Of a DNA stretch of 64,000 nucleotides, positions 1 to 12,231 are shown one piece after another (positions within the stretch are counted from its first letter, which is position 1; each line of letters starts with the position of its first letter). A model generated the notes under the pieces. That model worked only from the letters and a program-made list of their open reading frames with translations. It was not told the origin of the DNA and ran no database searches. The translations under genes were made by a program, and so were the position numbers. The stretch is from Malacoraja senta (lineage: Eukaryota), in contig CM075989.1 in the NCBI GenBank assembly GCA_038087875.1, forward strand, positions 17,300,001-17,364,000, written 5' to 3'.

Positions 1-369
1 TTAAATTGAAGATAGACACAAAATGCTGGAGTAACTCAGCGGGACAGGCAGTATCCCTGGAGAAAAGGATTGGTCGCCAATTCCTTCTCTCCAGAGATAC
101 TGCCTGTCTGGTGGCTAAAGCTGAGAACGGCTTGGTCGATAAGATATGCGCTTGCCTGCTGGGAGAATGTGCAAAGGTCAAGCATTAAACCTAGCAGGAG
201 GAAATTGCACAGTCAATTACTTCATCCTAGAGGCTCTTTATTCAGCCAATTTGTCACCACTCTGGGTTCACGATCAAAATTGCTGCAGCTGGCTTCATGT
301 TGCAGGGAGTAATCTGCGATTGTTGGGTTTGTTACTGACAACATCCTAAAGTAAATCCACCACATTATT

Positions 370-1175
370 TTTACATACTACGATCCCAACACTATATGCT
401 AAGCATGCCTCGGCATTTCCAGTGTGACATGTTAAACATTGTTCAGGTATTTTCATGCTACATGTTCGAAACACTAAACTGATTCTTGTACTACACGTTA
501 AGCATACCACAATAATTCCAGTTCTACATGCTAAACAAGACAAATTGTTGCTAAACACTTTAACTCCCCCTCCCATTCCCACACTGACCTTTCTGTCCTG
601 GGCCGCCTCCATTGACAGAGTGAGGCCCGGCGTGAATTGGAGGAACAACACCTCACATTTCACTTGGGCAGCTTACACCCTAGCGGTATGAACATTGACT
701 TCTCTAACTTCAAGTAACCCTTGCTTTCCCTCTCTCTCCATCCCTCGCCCTTCCCAGTTCTCCGATCTGTCTTACTGTCTCCGACTACATTTTATCTCTG
801 TTTGCTTTGTTGTTTATCTTATCCCAGCTAACAATGATCTAGTCTACATTTTCCTTAATCTCCATTCCCTTTGTCCTATTTTCACACCATACTTCCTTAT
901 CTCCCTCTCCCCTAACATCAGTCTGAAGAAAGATCACGACCCAAGACGTCACCCATTCCTTTTCCCCAGAGATGCTGCCTGTCCCGCTGAGTTACTCCAG
1001 CATTTTGTGACTTTCTTCGGTTTATACTCGCATCTGCAGTTCCTTCCTAAGACAAATTGATGTCAGTACAACAAGTTAAAGATACTACAGGAATTCCAGT
1101 GCTATATGCAAAACACACAATCACTCCTTCACTGTATGCTGAACATCCTAGACCAATTCCAGTCAAATCTATTGA
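370..1175. repeat. Degenerate ~33-bp minisatellite, interrupted by a PLE insertion at 548-1048
   Basis: Recurring ttccagtNctacatgctaaaca-like unit at 370-547 and again at 1060-1175. Gives the 11-aa periodicity in ORF 455..691. Confidence 0.55.
548..1048 (+). mobile_element. 5'-truncated Penelope-like element (GIY-YIG C-terminus, 3' UTR, degenerate hammerhead motif)
   Basis: Encodes ..HFNSPSHSHTDLSVLG..LEEQHLTFHLGSLHPSGMNIDFSNFK*, homologous to 10770-10935. Flanked by 11-bp TSD aagacaaattg (537-547 and 1049-1059). Confidence 0.85.
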
Positions 1176-1649
1176 GCAGAGCTGGAAAATCTGTTAGAAC
1201 AAGCCTTCATAAAAGTCTGCAGTGAGAGACATGTTAAAATTTATTCTGATGTAGGTTCCAATCTCAATTTTTTATTAAAATAAAATAAGATTTCAAAAGT
1301 AGTCAAGTTTAACTTTGAAAATTACTCTTCAACTTTGAAGAACTAGATTTTGAATTGCAAAACAAACTCTTGTTTTAAAGGGACACAAGAGATTTCCAGT
1401 CTGAAGAAGGGTTCCAACCCGAAATGTCACCTATTCCTTCTCTCCAGAGATGCTGCCAGACCCACTGAGATGGTCCAGCGTTTTGTGTCTATCTTCAACA
1501 CAAGAGACTGTAGACATTGGAATCTGGAACAACTAAATAAAAGTTGGAGGAGCTCAGCAGGTCAGGCAGCATCTTTGAAGGGAAAGGAATGAGCAACATT
1601 GCAGGTCGAGACCCTGCATCAGGAGAATGCACTCATACCTTTCCCTCCA

Positions 1650-2055
1650 GGGAGAAGTTGGACTGACTTGGATTGTTTTCACTGGAATACTAGAGGTTGA
1701 GGGGAGACTTGATAGAAGTATATAAAATTATGAGAGGCACAGATAAGGTAGTGTCAGAACTCTTTTCCCAGCATGGAAATATCAAATGCTAGAGGGCTTA
1801 GCTTTAAGATGAGAGGGGCACAGTTTAAAGGAGACGTGCGGGGCAATTATTTGTACACAGAGGGTGATGAGTGCCCGGAGAGTGATGCTCGAGGTGGTGG
1901 CGGAGGCAGATAAAATAGTGGCATTTAAGAGACTTTTGGATAGGCATAATGATATGAAAGGAATGGAGGGATATGGATTATGTGAAGGTAGATTTGGTCT
2001 TGCCATCATGTTGGCCAGAGACATTGTGTTCCCGTGCTGTACTGTTCTATGTTCC
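1650..2055 (+). mobile_element. CR1 LINE 3' fragment
   Basis: Homologous to the end of ORF2 of the long CR1 (LGLFSLE.RRLRGDLIEVYKI..GIDKV) followed by a tgttctatgttc tail. Confidence 0.8.
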
Positions 2056-2072
2056 ACAAGCTCTGATATTAA

Positions 2073-2209
2073 AGAATGTCTGAAGAAGGGTCTCGACCCG
2101 AAACGTCACCCATTCCTTCTCTCCAGAGATGCTGCCTGTCCCACTGAGTTACTCCAGCTTTTTGTGTCTATCTTCGGTTTAAACCAGCATCTGCAGTTCC
2201 TCCTTACAC
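2073..2209 (+). mobile_element. Short PLE-derived element (terminal repeat only) starting at a hammerhead motif
   Basis: Matches the 3' end of the PLEs at 920-1048 and 11033-11159. Perfect 14-bp TSD agctctgatattaa (2059-2072 and 2210-2223). Confidence 0.85.
2080..2107 (+). ncRNA. Minimal type I hammerhead ribozyme motif (PLE type)
   Basis: CUGAAGA-A-GGGU(CUCG)ACCC-GAAA-CGUC: conserved core boxes, stem II, palindromic ACGU in place of stem III. Confidence 0.7.
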
Positions 2210-3040
2210 AGCTCTGATATTAATATTGATACCATGCCTCTGTACATTAATCAATGTTACAATTTATTTTCATTTGAGACCAGATGATCGACAGTATGAA
2301 ACATCTACTGGCTCTGTTCTCCATCACTAATTGTCACTCTCAAAACAGACCCATGAGTCAACACTGGGGTGCCATCCAATACCCATTATTTGATATTTAA
2401 CCACATGCAGCCATAAAAGTTATTTTGCTGAAATAAATCTTTGGTAAGTCCCCAGCCACTTTAAACTATATTTACTCTGGGGAACACAAAGCACAGATAT
2501 TAGTCAATTGCAAATAACAGCTGTATTTATGCTGGGAGTTCATTTTAAATGTCTCCTCATCCTGCTGCCAATTCTCAAAGTGGCCCAGTTTTTGAGTCTC
2601 GCTAATTTAAAATTGTCCATTGCACACAGTATTTTTTTTAATTTTCAGATTAAATACTGGTTATTTCTGATAGCTTTTACATTTCCTGAACTCTTTGTTC
2701 CTATTTAAGACAAGCTAAATTATTTTGCTAGCCAGATTTTCCAGCTCTAGCACAATCTTGATGCCATTTTCCTGGCCCCAATGTCCATCACAGTCTCTAC
2801 AACAAAGGAGGATCCTCACCACTGCTGCTTCTGCCCGCCCGTGTCCGGCCTGTATCTGGTGCTGGCTAGGAGCACTGTGCAAGTCAGAACATGGTGGACT
2901 CTTGAGCCTTAAGCACCAAAACTCAGGCTAGCCTTACAAGCCAACACTGAGAGGTTGCTATCCTATTGGGATGATTGGCTTTCCAATGAGAGCTTAAACC
3001 AGACCTCATCCATTTTGGAACAAATACAGAAGAGCACTTT

Positions 3041-3345
3041 TTAGTTTAGTTTAGAGATACAGCATGGACATAGGCCCTTTGGCCCACCGAGTCCGCACCG
3101 ACCAGCGATCACCCCATACACTAACACTATCCTGCACACACTAGCAACAATTTACAATTTTAGAGAGGCCAATTAACCTACAAACCTCTTGCAATGTGCG
3201 AGGAAACCAGAGCACATGGAGAAAACCCAAGCGGATCACGGGGAGAACATACAAACTCCGTACAGACAGCACCTACAGTCAGGATCAAACCTGGGTCTTT
3301 GGTGCTGTAAGGCAGCAACTCTACCAGTGCGCTACCGTGCCTCCC
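3041..3345 (-). mobile_element. tRNA-derived V-SINE (HE1-like)
   Basis: Reverse complement shows tRNA head with A/B boxes, V-domain (gagtttgtatgttctccccgtga..gggttttctcc) and CR1-type tail ending tatctctaaactaaac. Confidence 0.85.
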
Positions 3346-4609
3346 TGCAGCCTCTTCCAGAGATGCTGCCTGACCCACTGAGTTACACCCCAGCGGTATG
3401 AACATTGACTTCTCTAATTTCAGGTAGTCCTTGCTTTCTCCCTCCTTCCCCTCCCCAGCTCTCCCACATAGCCTACGGTCTCCGCCTCTTCCTTTCTTCT
3501 TCCCGCCCCCTCCCCGACATCAGCCAGAAGAAGGGTCTCGACCCAAAACGTCACCTACTCCTTTTCTCCATAGATGCTGCCCCACCCGCTGAATTTCTCC
3601 AGCATTTTTTGTCTCCCTTCGATTTTTCCAGCGTCTGCAGTTCCTTCCAGTACTTTGTGTCTTTTATTTGCAAACTAGCATCTGCAGTTCCTTGCGTCTA
3701 TGGAAGGTGTTACTTGCAACAATTGCAAAATGGAGCATAAGAATTAGTCCTAGTGGAATGGGAAAAGATTGCTTCCCTCAAACACACAACAAAATAAACG
3801 TACCTACTTGGCACCTGCCTGACAGTGACCATACTTTAAAGTACTTGGAATTTCCAGGGATGCTATAAAAATGCAAAATTATGTTCTTTCATTCTCGGCA
3901 TCTGGAGGCATTGGTAATCCAGAGATTGGCACATTTGAAATCCTTCTCTTAAATTTCTAAAACTTTTTCTAATAGAACTCCAGCTCTCTCATTTCCAAGC
4001 GTATTTGCTCCCACAGAGCAGAATGATTCATTGATCTTTTTCTCTCTCTCTCTCCATATTCTTTCACATGTTTCAAAAATCTCTCTCTGCAGCAGCTGGC
4101 AATCAAGAAACATCTGGGACTCTGCGTGCATTCGTTTGGCTGTTGCTGCTCCACCAGATCCCCTGCCTTTGTTGGCCTTGTGATCCGCTACCAAATCCTT
4201 CCCCTTGTTGCTGGCAGCTCTCCTTCTCAATGGGCCGACTTCCCTTTGAAAATCTTGACCTGAACGCCTCTCGCTTTCCTTGATCTGTCGGATTTTCTCC
4301 GTTGGAGCGCAAATTAGAGACACCTCTGGCAGTGGGTGCCAGATGCATCGCATTAGTTGCACTGATACATGGAGCATTGCACTCAGACATAAATGCAAAT
4401 TCTTTCTAAAGTGCTTCTGTACCAATCAAAGCATGATGTAAAACACTGGCCCTGAAGCCATGAGACTGGGACATGAGCTGACCCTCCAGGAAGCTCTTCA
4501 TTCTTTGTCACTTGCAGCCACACTGATCATATGCCTATTCATTCCAAGCACAATCTGTCTCCAGCGCTGCCTTGTGCAAAACTCTGCCTGAATCTTATGG
4601 GTGATAAGA

Positions 4610-4960
4610 GATAGCATCAGGATTGCCTCACAGGTTCAGAGACCTGGGTTCAATCCTGACCACTGGTGCTGTTATTGAGGACGTTACACGTTTGCGCTGC
4701 AAATGTCAGTGCATACTGTGCTCTGGGTAAACTGAACAATTAAGTTCAGACACATGTAATTAATAATCAGATTGATGAAGCAAGGAGCACCTTCTCTATT
4801 ACAACAGTGATTACGTTACTTAAATGCCAGAGGACTGCGCAAGCTTCCTCCACACGCACCGTTTTCTTCCCACATCCCAAAGACGTGCAGGTTGGTCAGT
4901 TAGATGGCCACTGTGAATTGTCCCCTTGTGTGGAGGTGAGTGTAGAATCTGGAGGAATGT
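4610..4960 (+). mobile_element. Degenerate V-SINE interrupted by a 131-bp duplicated segment (4699-4829)
   Basis: B box ggttcaatcc near 4647. V-domain stops at 4698 and resumes at 4830 (..ttcccacatcccaaagacgtgcagg). Confidence 0.7.
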
Positions 4961-4992
4961 GGGGAGAATAAAATTGAATTCTATTTTGGAGT

Positions 4993-5295
4993 GGGTGGCA
5001 TGGTGCCGTCGCAGTAGAGTCACTGCCTGACAGTATTAGTGCCCGAGTTCGTTCCTGACTACGAGTGCCGTTCTTACGGAGTGTGTACGTTCTCCCCGTG
5101 ACCTGCGTTGGTTTTCTCCGGGATATCTGGTTGCCTCCCACGCTCCTACCGGTTTGTAGGTTAATTGGCTTGGCATCATTGTATATTGTCCCTAGTGTGT
5201 CTAGGATAGTGTTAATGTGCAGGGATTGCTGGTCGGTGCGGACTCGGTGGGCCAAAGGGCCTGTTTCCACACTGTTTCTCGAAACTAAACTAAAA
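4993..5295 (+). mobile_element. V-SINE
   Basis: tRNA head, V-domain, tail gggccaaagggcctgtttcc..aaactaaactaaa. Confidence 0.85.
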
Positions 5296-5640
5296 GATGA
5301 ATGGTATAGTGGAGAGGAATCTTCACTTGGCAAACCAGCTGAGACCACGCACCTCTCCCCATTGTAACAAAATCTTGGCGGGAGTAAAACACAAAGTGCT
5401 GGAGGAACTCAGCAGGTCCAGCAGCATCTATGGAGGAAATGAGCAGGTGATGTTTTGGGTCAGGACCCTTCTTCAGATTGTCACTGGCATGAGTGTTGTT
5501 CACAATAACTTGCTGTTGTGCAAGTTATTGTGAACTTACCCTGTAACCTACTGGCTGCATCTCCACTCCACTCACAAGCTTGTTTCCCAGGTATTTCCCA
5601 GGTATCTACACAGCTGGACCAGAAACATGGGATCATACTG

Positions 5641-5962
5641 GTTTAGTTTAGTTTAGTTTAGTTTAGAGATACAGCGCAGAAACAGGCCCTTCGACCTGAG
5701 TCCGCACCGACCAGCGATCCCCGCACATTAATACACCCTACACGCACTAGGGACATTTTTTAAAACATTTACACCAAACCAATTAACCTACAAACCTGTA
5801 CATCTTTGGAGTGTGGGAGGAAACCGAAGATCTCGAAGAAACCCCATGCAGGTCACGAGGAGAACGTAGAAACTCCATACAGACAGCGCCCGCAGTCAGG
5901 ATCGAACCCGGATCTCTGGAGTTGTAAAGCAGAAGCTCTACCGCTGCCCCATTGTGCCACCT
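5641..5962 (-). mobile_element. V-SINE
   Basis: (gttta)n tail at 5641-5665, V-domain, B box (plus ggatcgaacc). Confidence 0.88.
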
Positions 5963-7687
5963 GGTTCTCTTCACACACCCCGGACCCCCTCCCGCTAGGT
6001 TGCACAAAGTCTTTGTCATGATACGTCACACTCTCTTTAAGCTGTTATAAATGTCACAAAAGTCTACGCCTAGCTGTACGGGTTTCTTGCCTCTGTTCTC
6101 ATAGTGCATGGAGGTTGTTTTAAATAGGCCCTGGTGAATAAACAGGACGTGTGTGTGAGATTTACAGCAAGTCCTTCCTTCATCCAACTTATTGGTGATC
6201 CAGCAAATGTCAGTGCATACAGCGTTCTGGGAACACTGAACAATTAAGTTCAGACACATGTAATTAATAATTAGATTGATGAAGCAAGGAGGACATTCTC
6301 CTCTATTAAAGCAGTGATTACGTTCCTTAAATGCCATCGTCAGAGTGCAGTCCTCATTGCTAGTCTGTGTGCTTTGAGGTTGCATGTTTGTGAAAAGGAC
6401 TGAACAAATGGACAATACATCAGCATTGCCTCCCACCTCACCTGCCCACCTCTTGCCTATCCTGCTCTGGGAGACCAGATGCCACCCCATAAAAACCTAA
6501 AGGAATGAACAAAAGGGAGGCTTGAAAGGGCCAGGAACATGAGCCCAGCCAGGAAGCATCTGGACAACATTCCCCTGCCTTTGCAGACTTGGCAGGTCCG
6601 CTAGGTAGTTCCAGAAGTTTCTGATTTTATTGTCTTTGGAATTCACAGGAGCGAGACCTTTAAGTTCTGGCCAGTCCCATCATTAACTATTCCTGGATCC
6701 TTCACCCATTGCCTTGCTGAACACGTCTAATATAAATTACTTTTGTGTTTGCCTAACAATGGGGTCAATGAGGCATAGTAGGATTACGCACCAAAGACAT
6801 GGATATCTGGTTAAACCACAAACCTGGATTGCACACCTGGATTAGGCTATTGTTATAGCAACAATTCTTAATCATTCTTAAACCTTGAGTGTAAAGAAGG
6901 GCCCCAACCAGAAACGTCACCTATCTATGTTAGCCATGTCATAAATGATTGAAGCAGAATTAGGCCATTTGGTCCATCAAGTCTACTCCGCCATTCAATA
7001 ATGGCTGATCTATCTCTCCCACCTAACCCCATTCTCTTGCCTTCTCAAGAATCTATCTATCTCTGCCCTAAATATATCCACTGACTTGGCCTCTACAGCC
7101 TTCTGTGGCAAAGAATTCCACAGATTCACCATCCTCTGACTAAATGTTCTCCAGAAGGTCATGAATTCATGAAGGGTCTCATCATCTATTCCTTTTCACC
7201 GGGACCTGCTGAGTTACTCCAGCACTTTGTGTCTTTTTTTAACCCTTAATCATATAATATTTAAATACTTAGGATTAATTAACACACTGGTAAGAAGAAG
7301 TTGTGTTGGGTTGAAGATCTCTGGAGATGAAGGGGATATGGAACATGGACCCACATTTCTGCTTCTGTAAAGCTCTGCCCCTTTCGCTGCAGAAGGGAAG
7401 TGTTAGATTTAACTGAAGGGTCCGCTGGTCATGACTCGAGGGTGAAAGCTGCTGCAATTCTCCTCCTCAGTTCAGTCCAGGTCTAACCTCATAGGTCCTC
7501 TTGACACAGAAGGACAGCAGAAGGTGCGTCACGCATCAGGCAGGGACATTTCGCCCAGCTCTTGACACACTTGGATGTTGATCTTCATATAATCTGTGGC
7601 GTCATCTTCAACTTGAGATTGCTGCCTGAAGATGCCTTTAGGATGTTTTTAGGATGCTTTTAGGACAGCATTGGTCAGGTAGCATTA

Positions 7688-7950
7688 TAGAGTCATTGAG
7701 TCATACAGCGTGGAAACAGGGGCATTGGCCCAACTTGCCCATACCGACCAACATGTCCCATGTACACCAGTCCCACCTGGTTGACATTTAAGCCATGTCT
7801 AAGAAACACTTAGACAGGTACATGGACAGGATTATTTTAGAGGGATATGGGCCTAAAGCAGGCAGGTGGGTCTAGTGTAGATGGGACATGTTGGTCAACA
7901 TGGGTATGTTGGGCCGAAGGGCCTATTTTCATGCAGTATGACTCTATGAC
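7688..7950. mobile_element. Two CR1 3' ends in inverted, tails-out arrangement
   Basis: 7688-7782 is the reverse complement of about 7862-7950. Both end in the atgactct-type tail. Confidence 0.75.
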
Positions 7951-8280
7951 GCTAAAACAATGACCTACTATGGCATTGCATACATTGCAGCCTCAGACAT
8001 ATCACAGCCTGTACAACACTGCTTCAGGCACACCATGATCCTCTTTAGACATTCTGAAGCCACACAAAGCCAGTAAAGTATCAGACATACCACCCCCATT
8101 GTATCAAGGACTGCACAGCACTCCTCCAATACACCGTGAACAATGCTAAACCATGAAGCCAGTCACTAGAAATTCTGATCGATTTAAATCACTAAATTTT
8201 TCTTCTCAACAAATTAGCCATTATTTACATATGATAGGAATCACATTGGTAAGTTTTTGTTGCGTCTTGTTTTGACCTAC

Positions 8281-8386
8281 TTGTGGCCCAGCTCGTGGGC
8301 AATGGTAAAGGCCAGGCTGAGACCATTATCTTCAGCGAGCACACACTTGCGCTTGGGGTTACAGGCTCCTCCAAGGTATGCAATTC
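8281..8386 (-). CDS. ADAMTS17: ADAMTS17-like coding exon (about exon 8), (G)[34 protein letters not shown](N), first half of the HExxHxxGxxH zinc site
   Basis: 106 bp, phase 1-2. Acceptor TCCCACAG, donor [31 protein letters not shown] fits ADAMTS17 better than ADAMTS19 (recalled as CIIAEDNG..HEMGH). Confidence 0.94.
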
Positions 8387-9152
8387 CTGTGGGAGAATTC
8401 CAAAGGAGACAGTGATGAAATAACTGGAGGCAAAGATTTGGAAATAAACAACCAGAAATGAAACAGCCAGGTTGCACTTTGAATGTATAACACGGTCAGC
8501 AATCGCACTCTTCCACAGCGCTCACGTCAGTTCCTAAATCTCCCATTTGAGGAGGTGCCTGGCTCAGCTTTCGCTCTGCAGCTCATATAAAGTCACATCG
8601 CACTGTGTTGCCATGCCAGGCAACGGGACATTGGTTGCACTATTATTACGAACAAGAACAATTTTGTGAAACAGGCAACAAGCCATCTATGATGCACGGC
8701 CAGCGGCACAGTGAAGTTGGGGGCGGCAGGCGAAGTATAAAATACTCCACAAGTGACGTGTCTCAAGGATGTAATCAGTCACGGGCAGTAAAGACGCCAG
8801 GATCAATGAGCGAATCAATCATTCTGATGTAAAACCATCTCTCGCTCGAACAATGTTTGGATTAATGTTAAAGCCGTTGGTATTATTATTGTGTGCATTC
8901 TTCAAACAGTATCACCGGCTGGAACAGGGTTGAGAGTAATTAAATGGGGATTTATAGCGTTCTCGGAATGCCAGTTGGAGCCCAGCATCTTCCCGTCTAA
9001 TCTCCTCTCCATTCACACCCCATGACACAGGCCAATACATCTGTGCGCAGAAATACCATATGTGAGATTATGCCTCACTGGAAGTACTAATGTCACTCAC
9101 TCACATTTCTAGACTTATAGCCGGGGATCGGCAGAATTGTCTGGTGTAAAGC

Positions 9153-9495
9153 AGGCGGCATGGTAGCACAGCGGTAGAGTTGCTGCCTTACAGCGTCAGG
9201 AACCCGGGTTCGATCCTGGCCTTGGGTGCTGTCTGTACATAGTTTGTACATTTTGTGGAGAGACCCTCGGGCTATCTTCATTGGAGAGACCCTTGGACTA
9301 TCTTTGATCAGACTTTACTGGATTCTTATCTTGCACTAAACATTATTCATGTTATTCCCTTTGTCATATATCTGTACACTGTGGATGACTTGATTGTCAT
9401 CGTGTATTGTCTTTCCGCTGACTAGTTAGCACGCAGCAAAAGCTTTTCACTGTGTCTCGGTACACATGGCAATAAACTAAACTAAATTAAACAAA
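9153..9495 (+). mobile_element. V-SINE 5' part (9153-9255) abutting a Rex1-type LINE 3' UTR (about 9260-9495)
   Basis: A/B boxes ggtagcacagcgg and ggttcgatcc, then tail aaagcttttcactgtgtctcggtacacatggcaataaactaaactaaa shared with 14055-14450. Confidence 0.75.
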
Positions 9496-9941
9496 CTAGG
9501 ATTAACTAACCTGATGAAGCATCTTTGGCCTGAAACATTAACTGTTTCTCTTTGCACAGATGCTGCCTGATCCGCTGAGTACTTCACGCAATCTCATCAT
9601 GCTGCATCATTCCGCAATGCCAAAACCTCCCTGATCCCCCGAGCTTCGTAATGTCTGACTATTTATTGTACATACCCTCACCTTATTCTCTATAATTCCC
9701 CGAACTACATTCCATTTCCCCTTACCTCCCGATCTGACCAGTCAATTGATGGTTTCCTGTCATTCCTCCTCCTGTCAAATCACGGCCAATTTTTTGTCCC
9801 ATTGGCAAAAACCTCTCGATGATGCTTCCGCCATTAAATCACATGGGTTTGGAGATAATTGAATAGGATTTTGGTGGTGAGCTCTGTAAAACAGCTTCCC
9901 AGTCACGGAAACACCTGTCAAACCATTACCCATTCATTGCT

Positions 9942-11159
9942 AACTTCCATCCGGCACTCAAATACACCTGGACCATTTCCGACGTCTCCCTACCATTTCT
10001 AATCCTCACTATCTCCATCGCAGGTGACAGACTACTGACCGACATCTACTATAAACCCACCGACTCCCATGGCTATCTGGACTACACTTCTTCCCACCCT
10101 GCTTCCTGTAAGGACTCCATCCATTACTCCCAATTCCTTCATCTACACCACATCTGCTCCCAGGATGAGCTGTTCCACACCAGGGCATCGGAGATGTCCT
10201 CATTCTTCAGGGAACGGGGGATCCCCTCTTCTACTATAGATGAGGCTCTCACCAGGGTCTCTTCTATACCCCGTAACACTGCTCTCTCTCCCCATCCCCC
10301 CCACTCGTACCAAGGGCAGTGTCCCCCTTGTCCTCACCTTCCACCCTACCAGCCGTCACATACAACAAATAATCCTCCAGCATTTTCGCCACCTCCAATG
10401 GGATCCCACCACTGGCCACATCTTCCCATCTCCTCCCCTTTCGGCTTTCCGCAGAGACCGCTCCCTCCGTATGTCCCTGGTCAACTTGTCCCTTCCCACC
10501 CAAACCACCCCATCTCCTGGCACTTTCCCTTGCAACCGCAGGAAATGCTACACTTGTCGCTTTACCTCCCCCCTTGACTCCATTCAAGGACCCAAGCAGT
10601 CTTTCCAGGTGCAGCAGAGGTTCACCTGCACTTCCTCCAACCTCATCTATTGCATCCGCTGCTCTAGGTGTCAGCTGCTCTACATCGGTGAGACCAAGCG
10701 TAGGCTTGGCGATCGCTTCGCCAACACCTTCGCTCGGTTCGCAATAACCAACCTGATCTCCCGGTGGCTCAGCACTTCAACACCCCTCTCATTCCGAATC
10801 TGACCTTTCTGTCCTGGGCCTCCTCCATGGCAGATGTGAGGCCCTCTGTAAATAGGAGGAGCAACACTTCATATTTCGCTTGGGTAGTTTACACCCCAGC
10901 GGTATGAACATTGACTTATCCAATTTTAGGTAGCCCCTGCTTTCTCCTTCTTTCCCCTCCCCTTCCCAGCTCTCCCACAGCCCACTGTCTCCGCCTCTTC
11001 CTTTCTTCTTCCCGCGCCCACACCCCCACATCAGTCTGAAGAAGGGTCTTGACCCGAAACATCGCCTATTTCCTTCGCTCCATAGATGCTGCCTCACCCG
11101 CTGAGTTTCTCCAACATTTTTGTCTACCTTCGATTTTCCAGCATCTGCAGTTCCTTCTC
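9942..11159 (+). mobile_element. 5'-truncated Penelope-like element (Neptune-like): RT C-terminus/thumb, Cys-rich linker, GIY-YIG endonuclease, 3' repeat with hammerhead motif
   Basis: Translates NFHPALKYT..LPFL..TDIYYKPTDSHGYLDYTSSHP..CKDSI.YSQF; after a frameshift, PLVLTFHP..CNRRKCYTC..FTCTSSNLIYCIRCSRCQLLYIGETKRRLGDRF. 14-bp TSD acccattcattgct (9928-9941 and 11160-11173). Confidence 0.93.
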
Positions 11160-11254
11160 ACCCATTCATTGCTGACAAGTTTACATCTAACTTGAAGCTT
11201 TTCCTTGTATCCCAAGGGGCATTCAGTCTGCCCATGGGATTTGGTGCAAACCTT

Positions 11255-11525
11255 AGGATGGCAACAGCAACACAGCAGTAGAGCTGCTGCCACAAAGTGC
11301 TCGAGACCCGGGTTCAGTCCTGACTACGGGTGCTGTCTGTATGGAGTTTGCATATTCTTGGAGAAAACATGGGTTTTCTCCAAGTGCTCTGCTTTGTAGG
11401 TTAATTGGCTTCCGTAAATAGTCCCCGGTGTGTGTAGGATAGAACTAGGCCACTGCTGATCGCTGGGCGGTGTGGACTCGGTGGGCCAAAGGGCCTGTTT
11501 CCACACTGTATCTCTAAACTAAAAC
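11255..11525 (+). mobile_element. V-SINE with internal deletion
   Basis: tRNA-like head, partial V-domain, tail tgtatctctaaactaaa. Confidence 0.82.
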
Positions 11526-12231
11526 TCTCTGGTCTAATGGAGCCAGCATTCTTAATACTTCTCTTCAACCCCAAAACCTCATTCGTGCGTAAGATGTTTC
11601 TGGAAGAGCTTTTTACACCAGTAGGTCTAGAAATTCTTCACAGCCCGGATGTTTTAAGAGCTGCACGTAAGAATTTAATCAGGAACCCAACTGTTTGTCA
11701 GCTTGCTTCCAACCATGCAAAGGGCAAGGGTTGCGTGGTTTCAAACACAGGCTTTTGACATCACGTTGTAAAGGCATTGTCTATCATAGGATGTGCAAGG
11801 TCTGTCTCAGCATCAGCTCACGGGTATTCTTCAGACAGGTAAAGCTGGGAGCTTTGATGGAAGCATATTGAAGATCAAGTTGTCTGGAGAGAGTGGATAG
11901 AGAAGCAACCTGTTCCCTCTGGTGGAGGTGAGCCAGGATTACAGGTCACAGGCATAAAGGACGAGAGCATTAAGACTGGCATGGGGAGAAACATTCTTGC
12001 GTGCCATGCAGTTGGAATCTGTAATGCACTGCTTGTAGGTGTGCAGGAGTCATGTTCCAGTGTGGCCTTCAAGAGGGAATTGCATAAATATAGGGTGAGG
12101 ACATTTTTCCAAGGATCCGGAAAAAAGACTGGAGGACAGAACCAATGAGTTATTCTGGTAAAGGGCTAGTACAGACACGGTGGGCCTAATGCCTTCTTTT
12201 CGTGCTGTAACCATTCTGTGATTCTAACTGA

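Noticed and set aside
8387..8477. N-terminal part of ORF 8277..8477 (likewise the extensions of 56429..56620 and 57953..58327) as protein
   Set aside because: Similarity stops exactly at AG/GT splice sites; the extensions are intronic read-through.
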